32,000 nt of DNA from Geotalea uraniireducens Rf4 (GTDB taxonomy: Bacteria; Desulfobacterota; Desulfuromonadia; Geobacterales; Geobacteraceae): assembly GCF_000016745.1 (NCBI RefSeq), contig NC_009483.1, forward strand, positions 1,230,001 to 1,262,000, given 5' to 3'. Position numbers and translations under genes: made by a program. The notes beneath the pieces are model-generated. The model made no database searches. It had not been told where the DNA came from and was given only the letters and a program-made list of their open reading frames with translations. This document shows, piece after piece, positions 8,065 to 15,137 of this stretch. Numbering within the stretch: the stretch's first letter is position 1; each line of letters begins with the position of its first letter.

Positions 8065-8802
8065 TTAGTAGTTTCCGCCTGTCAGTGTGGCGGTAACGCT
8101 TCCTACCGTCACCTTTGTCTGCACCTTGACCGGAATCCGCCTTGCATCATCGGTGAGCCAGATGAGAACAGAGCCTTTTCCCTCAAAAACCCCTTTTGGC
8201 TTAACCAGCGGTTTTATAACGATTGTATTGACCTTGCCCAGAATCGTGCTGATTTTTTCTTTCCTCAGCACCTTCACTTCGATGACGTCCGGCTCTTTGC
8301 CGTCTAATACGGCAATATGAAACGACTTACCCACTTCAAGCTTTGCATACCTGGCGTAAAAAAAGCTCGCATAGATGTCGTAGGTGTTTGCGCCAATGGC
8401 GATTTCGGCCTTTTCCCCGGATAGATGGTCGAGATACAGTGCTTTTCCGCTTCGCGGGTCAAAGGATATTTCCCTGTCTCTGCGGTGTTTCCCTTCCCTG
8501 ATTTGCATCCGATAATGCTGTGTGGAACCTGGAAATGGCGCCCGGTCTATGAGAAGAGTGCTTTCAATCCTGTCTTCAACCGGGAGGAATAAGGAAAGCC
8601 AGTCATTGGATCGGGCCGTGGAGGTTATGCGGCGCATTCCCTTTACTTCGACTATTTCCTGCGTTGCCGTACCGATCTTGATCCCGCTCCAGGCCAGGTC
8701 GTAGATAAGTTTTTCCGGGACGGTTTCTGCAAGAGCCGCCGGCAGCCAACAGACAAGCCAGAGTGAAACGGTTATGAATCGAGTATAACGTTTGATTTTC
8801 AG
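8065..8802 (-). CDS. DUF3108 domain-containing exported protein (non-canonical or lost start codon)
   Basis: The body matches the DUF3108 pattern (LIYDLAWSGIKIGTA...ARSNDWLSLF...VTATL). The frame stays open upstream of the track ATG (8637) and encodes a classical signal peptide, LKIKRYTRFITVSLWLVCWLPAALA/ET. There is no in-frame ATG/GTG/TTG between 8802 and 8637; CTG at 8802 is the only plausible start. Confidence 0.75.
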   Translation of the reverse strand: MKIKRYTRFITVSLWLVCWLPAALAETVPEKLIYDLAWSGIKIGTATQEIVEVKGMRRITSTARSNDWLSLFLPVEDRIESTLLIDRAPFPGSTQHYRMQIREGKHRRDREISFDPRSGKALYLDHLSGEKAEIAIGANTYDIYASFFYARYAKLEVGKSFHIAVLDGKEPDVIEVKVLRKEKISTILGKVNTIVIKPLVKPKGVFEGKGSVLIWLTDDARRIPVKVQTKVTVGSVTATLTGGNY

Positions 8803-8818
8803 CCTCGTGCCGTCAGTT

Positions 8819-8985
8819 TAGGAGCCTGTCGGACTTAGGAATGAATCTACTGCGAGAACGGAAAATCGGTCCATATTCCCGGAAATTTTCGACAAATAGG
8901 TCCACTATTCGCTCTCAAATTTCCGATAATCTGTCCTCGATTTGCCATTCTCTCGCTACGATTCCCTAAGTCCGATAGGCTCCTA
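8819..8985. mobile_element. MITE copy B (same family and orientation as 6733-6898)
   Basis: Hand alignment to copy A gives about 9 substitutions and one 1-bp indel over about 163 bp. TA lies on both flanks. It fills the gap between the MshEN-GAF gene stop and the DUF3108 start. Confidence 0.85.
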
Positions 8986-10155
8986 GGTCATCAGTATTTT
9001 GTTCTTCAGGATGAGTATTTCAAAGGCCATGGCTGCTTTACCGATCAGTTTCTGCATATCGACGACCCTGTCCCCGAGATCTCCGGCACCGCCATCCACG
9101 TAGAAAATTGCCACCACCCGCCCCATCATCAGCAGGGGGATCAATAGGGCGCAGGCAGGTTTACCACCTTCCAGGGCTGTTAGTATTTTCGTATTGGCAG
9201 GTGTATCGGTAAGCGGTCCCAGGTAGAAACTCTTCCCATCCGCCACCATTTTCAAGACCGACGGGGCGTCAAGGGGGATTTGCAGCTCCTCGAAACCAGC
9301 AACGACCTTTTTCCGGGAAAGGGCCGTCCAACCTCCTGCAACATTCCTCCGCACGAGAAATAGAGCCACCCGGTCGAATTCCTGGCCGGTATAGTTTACG
9401 ATCAGGTTGGCGATCGCGTCCCTGTCCTTTGCTTCAGCCAGTTGCATGGAAAAGGTGTCGATGGTGTATTGCCTGATGGTCTCTTCCCGGGCCGCAGCGT
9501 TGGGGAGATTGCCCTGCATAAGTTCTTCGGCGGGTTCCAGCCCGTAGTCATCCAATTCGGAGAGGAGCGGAAGTTCGATGACCTCTTCCTCCACTGACGG
9601 GGTAAATGCCGCTTTTGCCTTCTTTGGCTCACGGGGAGGCGGTTCGGCGGACTCAGCCTCTCTGGCGCGACGTCTGCCCCCACTTGTGACGCTGATGTAG
9701 CGCGTTTCCCTTTTAATGTCGTAATGCTTTTCCAGGGCAAGGATCAGTCTCAATTCCGGGGAGACCAGCGGCATGACAATAAAGCCGGTGATGAAAGAGA
9801 TTTCTTCTATGGAGGCAAAGTCCGAAGGATCTGCCATGGCTACGACAAGTTTCTTCTTGTCGAGGCCCAAGGGGATGACCTTGTATTTTTTAACGACTTC
9901 TTCGGGGATGAGCTTGAGTACCTGGGGCGAAAGCGCCATCAACTGGTCGGAACTGGCATAGGGGACCCCCAGTTTCATGCTGAGGAAGTGGGCAAGGTCC
10001 TTTTCTTCTATATACCCCATTTCGATGAGATTGGTTCCAATCCTGCCGCCGAAGATAACCTGGCTTTTCAGCGTTTCATCCAGTTCGGCCGGGGTTATCT
10101 TGCCTGCCTTAACGAGCATTTCGCCCAGTTTGATAGTCATCTGTCCCCCCATCAA
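8983..10155 (-). CDS. MshEN (T2SS-E N-terminal) domain protein with charged linker and GAF-like C-terminal domain; no ATPase domain
   Basis: The N-terminus carries two tandem 24-residue MshEN motifs (KLGEMLVKAGKITPAELDETLKSQ, then VIFGG, then RIGTNLIEMGYIEEKDLAHFLSMK), followed by a second GspE_N-like repeat, a Pro/Glu/Lys/Ala-rich linker and a about 150-aa GAF-like domain. The start is probably ATG 10140 or 10152 rather than TTG 10155. Confidence 0.8.
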   Translation of the reverse strand: MMGGQMTIKLGEMLVKAGKITPAELDETLKSQVIFGGRIGTNLIEMGYIEEKDLAHFLSMKLGVPYASSDQLMALSPQVLKLIPEEVVKKYKVIPLGLDKKKLVVAMADPSDFASIEEISFITGFIVMPLVSPELRLILALEKHYDIKRETRYISVTSGGRRRAREAESAEPPPREPKKAKAAFTPSVEEEVIELPLLSELDDYGLEPAEELMQGNLPNAAAREETIRQYTIDTFSMQLAEAKDRDAIANLIVNYTGQEFDRVALFLVRRNVAGGWTALSRKKVVAGFEELQIPLDAPSVLKMVADGKSFYLGPLTDTPANTKILTALEGGKPACALLIPLLMMGRVVAIFYVDGGAGDLGDRVVDMQKLIGKAAMAFEILILKNKILMT

Positions 10156-10322
10156 TTGCGTAACTGTTCATAAGCAATAGGTTAATTACGCCGTGCCTAA
10201 TGTAGTTGTTCGCACATGGCCTGTCAACAGCAAACAGCTGTGTCCCGGCCGGTTTGCGGATGGGGGGATTCTACGTTAAACTTGCCTTAAGCTTGCCGGA
10301 AAACACAACCGCGAGGCGTCCC

Positions 10323-11333
10323 ATGACCCCCCAGTTCCATCCTTATCTTATCAACGGCCCTTTTGACGATCCGGGGCTCTATATCGACTTTCTCTTCGAG
10401 CGGCGGGCGATCCTTTTCGATCTGGGCGATCTGGCGGATCTTACTCCCCGCAAGCTTCTTCGCATCAGCCATATCTTTGTTTCCCACACCCATGTGGATC
10501 ATTTTATCGGTTTCGACCAGCTCGTGCGGCTCTGTCTCGGTCGTGAAAAAAGGCTCCATCTTTATGGGCCGGCGGGATTTGTCGACCAGGTGGGACACCG
10601 CCTGGCCGCCTATACCTGGAACCTGGTGCAGAACTACCCTACCGATTTCACCATCGTTGCCGTTGAGCTGCATCGGGACGGCAGGGCGTTCGGCGCCGAG
10701 TTCCATTGCCGCGACGGCTTTCGCCGGATGGGGGATTCTTCCTTTGCCGTGGTTGACGGAGTTCTGCTGGACGAGGAGAACTTCCGTGTCAGGATAGCAT
10801 TTCTCGACCATAAAGTTACCTGCCTCGCTTTTTGTCTCGAAGAGAAGAACCATGTGAATATCATGAAAAATCGGCTGGAAGAGATGGGGCTTCCCGTCGG
10901 GGAATGGCTTGGCGAGCTGAAACGGGCGGTCTTGCGCGGCGATGGCGATGAAGCGCCTGTCAGGGCATGGTGGCAGGAGCGAGGCGAGAGCCGCGAGCGT
11001 TTCTTCACCCTCGGTCGGTTGAAGTCGGAGGTGCTCCGGATCGTACCAGGGCAGAAGATCGCTTACGTCACCGATGCCCTGTACAGCCCGGAAAATGCGG
11101 CAAGGATCGTCGCGCTTGCGCGTAATGCGGACTATCTTTTCATTGAGTCTACATTTCTTGACGAGGAAGCGGATCGGGCACGTGAGAGGTGTCACTTGAC
11201 GGCCCGCCAGGCCGGGGTTCTCGCCCGTGCGGCAGGCGCAATCCGCGTAACCCCATTTCATTTTTCGCCGAAATATGCCGGTGAAGGCATCAGAATACAG
11301 CGGGAACTGGAAGAAGCGTTCAACGAAAGATAG
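10323..11333 (+). CDS. MBL-fold metallo-hydrolase (RNase Z-like)
   Basis: HTHVDHFIGF (HxHxDH) motif and a C-terminal TPFHFSPKY block. ATG 10323 gives MTPQFHPYLINGPFDDPGLY, a typical N-terminus; the longer track ORF from 10206 is unlikely. Confidence 0.82.
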   Translation: MTPQFHPYLINGPFDDPGLYIDFLFERRAILFDLGDLADLTPRKLLRISHIFVSHTHVDHFIGFDQLVRLCLGREKRLHLYGPAGFVDQVGHRLAAYTWNLVQNYPTDFTIVAVELHRDGRAFGAEFHCRDGFRRMGDSSFAVVDGVLLDEENFRVRIAFLDHKVTCLAFCLEEKNHVNIMKNRLEEMGLPVGEWLGELKRAVLRGDGDEAPVRAWWQERGESRERFFTLGRLKSEVLRIVPGQKIAYVTDALYSPENAARIVALARNADYLFIESTFLDEEADRARERCHLTARQAGVLARAAGAIRVTPFHFSPKYAGEGIRIQRELEEAFNER

Positions 11334-11342
11334 GTCCGAATC

Positions 11343-11370
11343 TTTACATTCGTTAAAACTTACCTATACT
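11343..11370 (+). promoter_or_regulatory. sigma70-type promoter candidate TTTACA-N16-TATACT for the mla operon
   Basis: TTTACA at 11343-11348 and TATACT at 11365-11370. Confidence 0.45.
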
Positions 11371-11392
11371 TTACTTTGCGACGATTCCTGTT

Positions 11393-12178
11393 TTGCGGAG
11401 GGTGTTTGTGCTGCTTCTTGTGGAAAAACTGGGCTCGCTAACCCTATCCATCCTCCAGGAAATGGGGAGGATGGTCAATTTCATCATCTATGCCTTCTAC
11501 CTGATTATCCGCTCGCCCGGAAAACCGGTCCACATCCTGAAGCAGATCCGTTTCATCGGCGCCAAATCCTTTTTCGTCATTTTCCTCACCGCTTCCTTTA
11601 CCGGCATGGTCCTCGGCCTGCAGGGTTATTACACACTGGCCAAGTTCGGCTCCGAAGGTATGCTCGGTTCGGCTGTGGCACTTTCCCTGATCCGCGAGCT
11701 GGGGCCGGTGCTCACGGCCCTGATGGTGACGGGTCGCGCCGGCAGCGCCATCAGCGCGGAAATTGGCATCATGCGCATAACCGAACAGATCGACGCCCTG
11801 GAAACCATGGCCCTTGAGCCATGTAAATACCTCGTCTCACCCAAGCTTCTTGCCGCGATCATCTCGTTGCCGCTCCTCTGCGCTATTTTCGACGTGGTTG
11901 GTATCTACGGCGGTTACCTGGTGGGGGTGAAACTTCTTGGGGTGAACCCGGGCGCCTATTTCCATGAGATGGAAAAGAGCGTGGAGTGGAAGGATGTCTA
12001 CTCCGGCATTATCAAGTCGGTGTCGTTCGGCGTCATCATTGCCTGGATCTGTTGTTACAAGGGATATTTCGCAGGCCACGGCGCCGAAGGGGTGTCCCGG
12101 GCAACCACCGCCGCCGTGGTCATGTCTTCGGTGATGGTGCTGATATGGGACTATTTCCTCACTTCGGTGTTGCTGTGA
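11393..12178 (+). CDS. mlaE: ABC transporter permease MlaE
   Basis: Multi-TM ORF with the MlaE signature RELGPVLTALMVTGRAGSAISAEIGIMRITEQIDALETM. The start is ambiguous (TTG 11393, GTG 11402, GTG 11408). GTG 11408 has the best spacing to GGAGG at 11397-11401. Confidence 0.9.
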   Translation: MRRVFVLLLVEKLGSLTLSILQEMGRMVNFIIYAFYLIIRSPGKPVHILKQIRFIGAKSFFVIFLTASFTGMVLGLQGYYTLAKFGSEGMLGSAVALSLIRELGPVLTALMVTGRAGSAISAEIGIMRITEQIDALETMALEPCKYLVSPKLLAAIISLPLLCAIFDVVGIYGGYLVGVKLLGVNPGAYFHEMEKSVEWKDVYSGIIKSVSFGVIIAWICCYKGYFAGHGAEGVSRATTAAVVMSSVMVLIWDYFLTSVLL

Positions 12179-12182
12179 AAAC

Positions 12183-12264
12183 GTGCTGCGTGCTGCGTGC
12201 TACGTGCTGCGTTGCAATGCGCGCCGAAGGCGCGAATCATCACGCAGCACGCTGAACGCAGCAC
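12183..12264. repeat. intra-operon stem-loop built from GCTRCGT heptamer repeats
   Basis: The left arm GTGCTGCGT GCTGCGT GCTACGT GCTGCGT (12183-12212) pairs with ACGCAGCAC...ACGCAGCAC (12242-12264). The central hairpin is CGCGCC-GAA-GGCGCG. It occupies almost the whole mlaE-mlaF spacer. Confidence 0.7.
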
Positions 12265-12274
12265 GGACCAAACC

Positions 12275-13021
12275 ATGATCAAACTGGTGAACGTGGAAAA
12301 ATCTTTCGGCAGCCAGGTGGTGCTCAACAAGCTGAACCTGGAAATTCCCCATGGGAAGATTACTGCCGTGATCGGACCTTCCGGCGAGGGGAAAAGCGTC
12401 CTCCTGAAGCACATGATCGGTCTGCTCAGACCTGACCGGGGGGCGGTGATCGTCGATGGCGAGGATATCACCGGTATGGGGCGGGACCGGCTCAATCATG
12501 TTCGGGAAAAGTTCGGCATGCTCTTCCAGAATGCCGCTCTCTTCGACTCCATGACGGTCTTTGAGAATGTTGCCTTTCCCCTGGAAGAAAAGACCCGGCT
12601 TTCCCGGACGGAGATTGCCGCCCGTGTCCACGAGGCCCTTGAGCATGTGGGGCTCAAGGGGGTGGATAAAAAGTTTCCCGACGAGCTGTCCGGGGGGATG
12701 AAAAAGCGGGTAGGGCTCGCGAGGGCGGTCTTGCTCGATCCCAAGATAATCCTCTTCGATGAGCCGACCACAGGCCTCGATCCGATTATCTGCCGGGCAA
12801 CTCACCAGCTGATAAAGGATACCCATGTCCGGTTCGGTTTCACCGCGGTGGTCGTTTCTCACGAGATACCGGAGATTTTCGATGTCTCCGATTTTGTGGC
12901 CATGCTCTATCGGGGGGAAATCCTGGAGGTGGGGACCCCGGAAGAGATCCAGCGATCAACCCATCCGGTAGTGAGACAGTTTATCAGCGGCAGCCTGGAG
13001 GGCCCTATACATCTGGTATAG
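12275..13021 (+). CDS. mlaF: ABC transporter ATP-binding protein MlaF
   Basis: Walker A GPSGEGKS, signature LSGGMKKRVGLARA and Walker B ILFDEPTTGLDP. ATG 12275 gives MIKLVNVEKSFG, a typical N-terminus. Confidence 0.92.
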   Translation: MIKLVNVEKSFGSQVVLNKLNLEIPHGKITAVIGPSGEGKSVLLKHMIGLLRPDRGAVIVDGEDITGMGRDRLNHVREKFGMLFQNAALFDSMTVFENVAFPLEEKTRLSRTEIAARVHEALEHVGLKGVDKKFPDELSGGMKKRVGLARAVLLDPKIILFDEPTTGLDPIICRATHQLIKDTHVRFGFTAVVVSHEIPEIFDVSDFVAMLYRGEILEVGTPEEIQRSTHPVVRQFISGSLEGPIHLV

Positions 13022-13138
13022 TATTACTGCGGTAATTAAACATATGAACGGTAGGGGCTAGGCTTGCCTCGCCCAATCGGGGCACGGCGCGCCGTGCCCC
13101 TACATCAGGATTGTGATGTTTAATTGCCGCAGTAGTAC
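13021..13138. repeat. 118-bp element with 23-bp terminal inverted repeats carrying a GTAGGGGC...GCCCCTAC REP
   Basis: GTATTACTGCGGTAATTAAACAT (13021-13043) pairs with ATGTTTAATTGCCGCAGTAGTAC (13116-13138), 21/23 complementary. Inside are GTAGGGGC (13051) ... GCCCCTAC (13103) and the perfect 22-nt palindrome GGGGCACGGCGCGCCGTGCCCC (13079-13100). Confidence 0.75.
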
Positions 13139-13167
13139 CTCTCAAAGAGTAGCGTTAAGGATGCACT

Positions 13168-13620
13168 ATGAAAAAAGCCGGGCTGGAAACCATTGTCGGA
13201 ATTTTCGTGCTGATAGGGATACTCTGCCTCGCCTACCTCTCCATCAAGCTGGGGAAAATGGAGTTGTTCGGCGGTGATTACTATACGGTCACAGCTAATT
13301 TCGATTCTGTTTCCGGATTGAAAAGCGGGGCATCGGTGGAAATTGCCGGGGTCGAGGTCGGGCGGGTGGAGCGGATCATTCTCGACCCGAAGGGCAATGA
13401 CCGGGCCAAGGTGTATCTGCGGATCAGGAGCGGGGTGAAAATGTTCGACGATGTTATTGCCGCGGTGCGCACCCGGGGGATAATCGGTGATAAGTTCATA
13501 CAGCTCAACCCGGGCGGCTCGGATAAAATCATCGCCAATGGCGGGCGGATTCGCGAGACCGAGTCGTCGGTGGACCTGGAGGAACTGGTGAGCAAGTATA
13601 TCCATGGCAAGGTGGATTAG
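13168..13620 (+). CDS. mlaD: MCE-domain protein MlaD
   Basis: 150 aa with an N-terminal TM anchor (IVGIFVLIGILCLAYLSI) followed by a single MCE domain (TANFDSVSGLKSGASVEIAGVEVGRVERI). Confidence 0.9.
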   Translation: MKKAGLETIVGIFVLIGILCLAYLSIKLGKMELFGGDYYTVTANFDSVSGLKSGASVEIAGVEVGRVERIILDPKGNDRAKVYLRIRSGVKMFDDVIAAVRTRGIIGDKFIQLNPGGSDKIIANGGRIRETESSVDLEELVSKYIHGKVD

Positions 13621-13739
13621 TTTTCCGCAAAAAAGCCCGGCAATCAGCGAGATCCTTGGTCAAAAACAGATTTTCCTGTGTCTGGTGATAAGGTTTTGCT
13701 GGTCGGCCGGTTGACACCGTTGTACAGGAGGGTGAAATT

Positions 13740-15101
13740 ATGGACGCATTCTATAAGGTAGTAACGGTATCCTTTCTCGTAATGTGTTGTTGCTCGAAGC
13801 CCTGTTTTGCCGAGGAACCGGGGCAGGGGAAGCTGGTTCTGGGGCTTAACGCCTGCATTCAGCGGGCGCTCGCCTTTGCACCGGAGTTGGGCGAAACCAG
13901 GGCCGATATCGAGCTGGCCGCCTCGAAGCTGGCTGAGGCCAAATCGAGCCGCTTTCCGCGGATCGAGCTCTTGAATCTCATCGGTCCGGTTCCCCAGGCG
14001 CGTGGCAACCAAGTGTCCTCGCCCGACAGAATAAACCAGACGGACCGCTTGACATGGTTTGACCGGGCTGACGCCACCATTGTCCAGCCGCTTTATACCT
14101 TCGGCAAGATTAGCGAGAGCATGAAGGCGGCCGGGCACGGCATCGAAGTGGACCGGGCGAAGCAGGAGCAGAGGCAGAACGAGATAGCCCTGAAGGTCAA
14201 GGAGTACTACTATGGACTGCTCCTTGCCCGCGAGTTGAAGGAAATGGTGCTGGATGTCCGGGAAAGCCTGACCAAGGCAAGGGACAAGGCCCGGAAACTC
14301 CTCAAAGAGGAGTCCCCCAATGTGGAAGAGCTTGATATCTTTAAGCTCGATGCGTTTGCCGGAGAGGTCGACAAGTACCTGGAAGAGGCGAACAAGGGGG
14401 CAGCGTTGGCTCTCTCGGCCCTGCGCACCCAGATAGCCCTCCCTGCCGAGGTGGAGATGGACATAGAAACCGAGCGGCTTACTGCTGACGAAGTCAAGGT
14501 TCCGGACCTGCCCCTTTTTCTGGAGGCCTCCAAGGCGAAGCGTCCCGAATACAAACAGATAAAGCAGGGGTTGCGAGCCAGGGCGGCCCTGGTTGAAGCC
14601 GCGACGGCCGCTTACTATCCCGACATCTTCCTTGGCGGCTATCTTTCCGCTGCCTACGCGGAGAAGCGTGACAGGGTTTCCAACCCCTGGGTGCCCGACC
14701 AGTTCAACCATTTCTGGGCTGGTGTGGCGTTGGGCCTCAAGTGGAACCTCGACTTCGGCATTACGGGGGCCAAAGTGGCTGCGGAGCGGGCCCAGTACAA
14801 CCGACTGGTCGCCACCCGGGAATTTGCCGAAAACAACATCCCTCTGCAGATAAAGAAGTCATACCTGGAGATCCATGAGGCTGAAAAAAGCATCGAGGCG
14901 ACCCGCTTCGCTTACACGAATGCCAAAAAGTGGGTAGTGGCGGCCATTGCCAATTTCGATTTCGGCGTTGGGCCGGCAAAGGAAATATTCGATGCGCTTC
15001 AGAATTATGCCAGGATGCGCGCTGGCTATTTCCAGTCGATCTATAACTTCAAACTGGCCCAGGCCAATCTGGCCTATGCGGTGGGTGAAGCGCCGCTGTA
15101 A
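13740..15101 (+). CDS. TolC-family outer-membrane efflux protein
   Basis: 453 aa with a signal peptide (...CCCSKPCFA/EE). It shows the two-repeat TolC/OEP architecture with typical segments (LNACIQRALAFAPEL, AEAKSSRFPRIEL, YYPDIFLGG, LAQANLAYAVGE). Confidence 0.88.
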   Translation: MDAFYKVVTVSFLVMCCCSKPCFAEEPGQGKLVLGLNACIQRALAFAPELGETRADIELAASKLAEAKSSRFPRIELLNLIGPVPQARGNQVSSPDRINQTDRLTWFDRADATIVQPLYTFGKISESMKAAGHGIEVDRAKQEQRQNEIALKVKEYYYGLLLARELKEMVLDVRESLTKARDKARKLLKEESPNVEELDIFKLDAFAGEVDKYLEEANKGAALALSALRTQIALPAEVEMDIETERLTADEVKVPDLPLFLEASKAKRPEYKQIKQGLRARAALVEAATAAYYPDIFLGGYLSAAYAEKRDRVSNPWVPDQFNHFWAGVALGLKWNLDFGITGAKVAAERAQYNRLVATREFAENNIPLQIKKSYLEIHEAEKSIEATRFAYTNAKKWVVAAIANFDFGVGPAKEIFDALQNYARMRAGYFQSIYNFKLAQANLAYAVGEAPL

Positions 15102-15137
15102 TTCTCCCGGATGCTGTGGGTGAGGAGGTTGTGTCTG

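Noticed and set aside
7945-8307. 120-aa plus-strand ORF (…IPLNPPFIKGDL…)
   Set aside because: Its N-terminal half is the translation of the G6/C6 hairpin repeat. Its remainder is antisense to the DUF3108 gene. It has no RBS and is a phantom ORF.
6733-8985. The two MITE copies as ends of a composite transposon carrying the zinc-ribbon and DUF3108 genes
   Set aside because: The copies are in direct rather than inverted orientation. There is no transposase between or near them. The enclosed genes belong to two convergent transcription units. I kept this as a MITE-pair observation only.
10156-10322. Possible GEMM-type cyclic-dinucleotide riboswitch in the leaders next to the MshEN gene. I also looked in 4381-4569, 6196-6384 and 7290-7910.
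   Set aside because: I could not find the conserved GEMM-I core strings (for example the ACGCAAAGC-type junction with paired GNRA/receptor helices) by eye. A covariance-model scan (Rfam RF01051/RF01786) would be needed to exclude it formally.
11275-11817. 180-aa ORF overlapping the MBL hydrolase end and mlaE in another frame
   Set aside because: Its translation is Arg/Gly/His-rich and low in complexity. It overlaps two genes with clear family signatures.
12183-12212. Tandem short repeats considered as a possible CRISPR array or microsatellite
   Set aside because: The repeat unit is only 7 bp, there are four copies and no spacers. They form the arm of a stem-loop. No CRISPR-like repeat-spacer architecture exists anywhere in the window.
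13644-14711. 355-aa minus-strand ORF antisense to the TolC-family gene. Similar long antisense ORFs occur at 665..1363, 5224..6159, 10287..11261, 12200..12862, 15366..16406, 17721..18566, 19109..19831 and 23494..24027.
   Set aside because: All lie fully inside genes with strong family signatures on the opposite strand. They have low-complexity Arg/Gly/Pro-rich translations and are treated as non-coding shadows.
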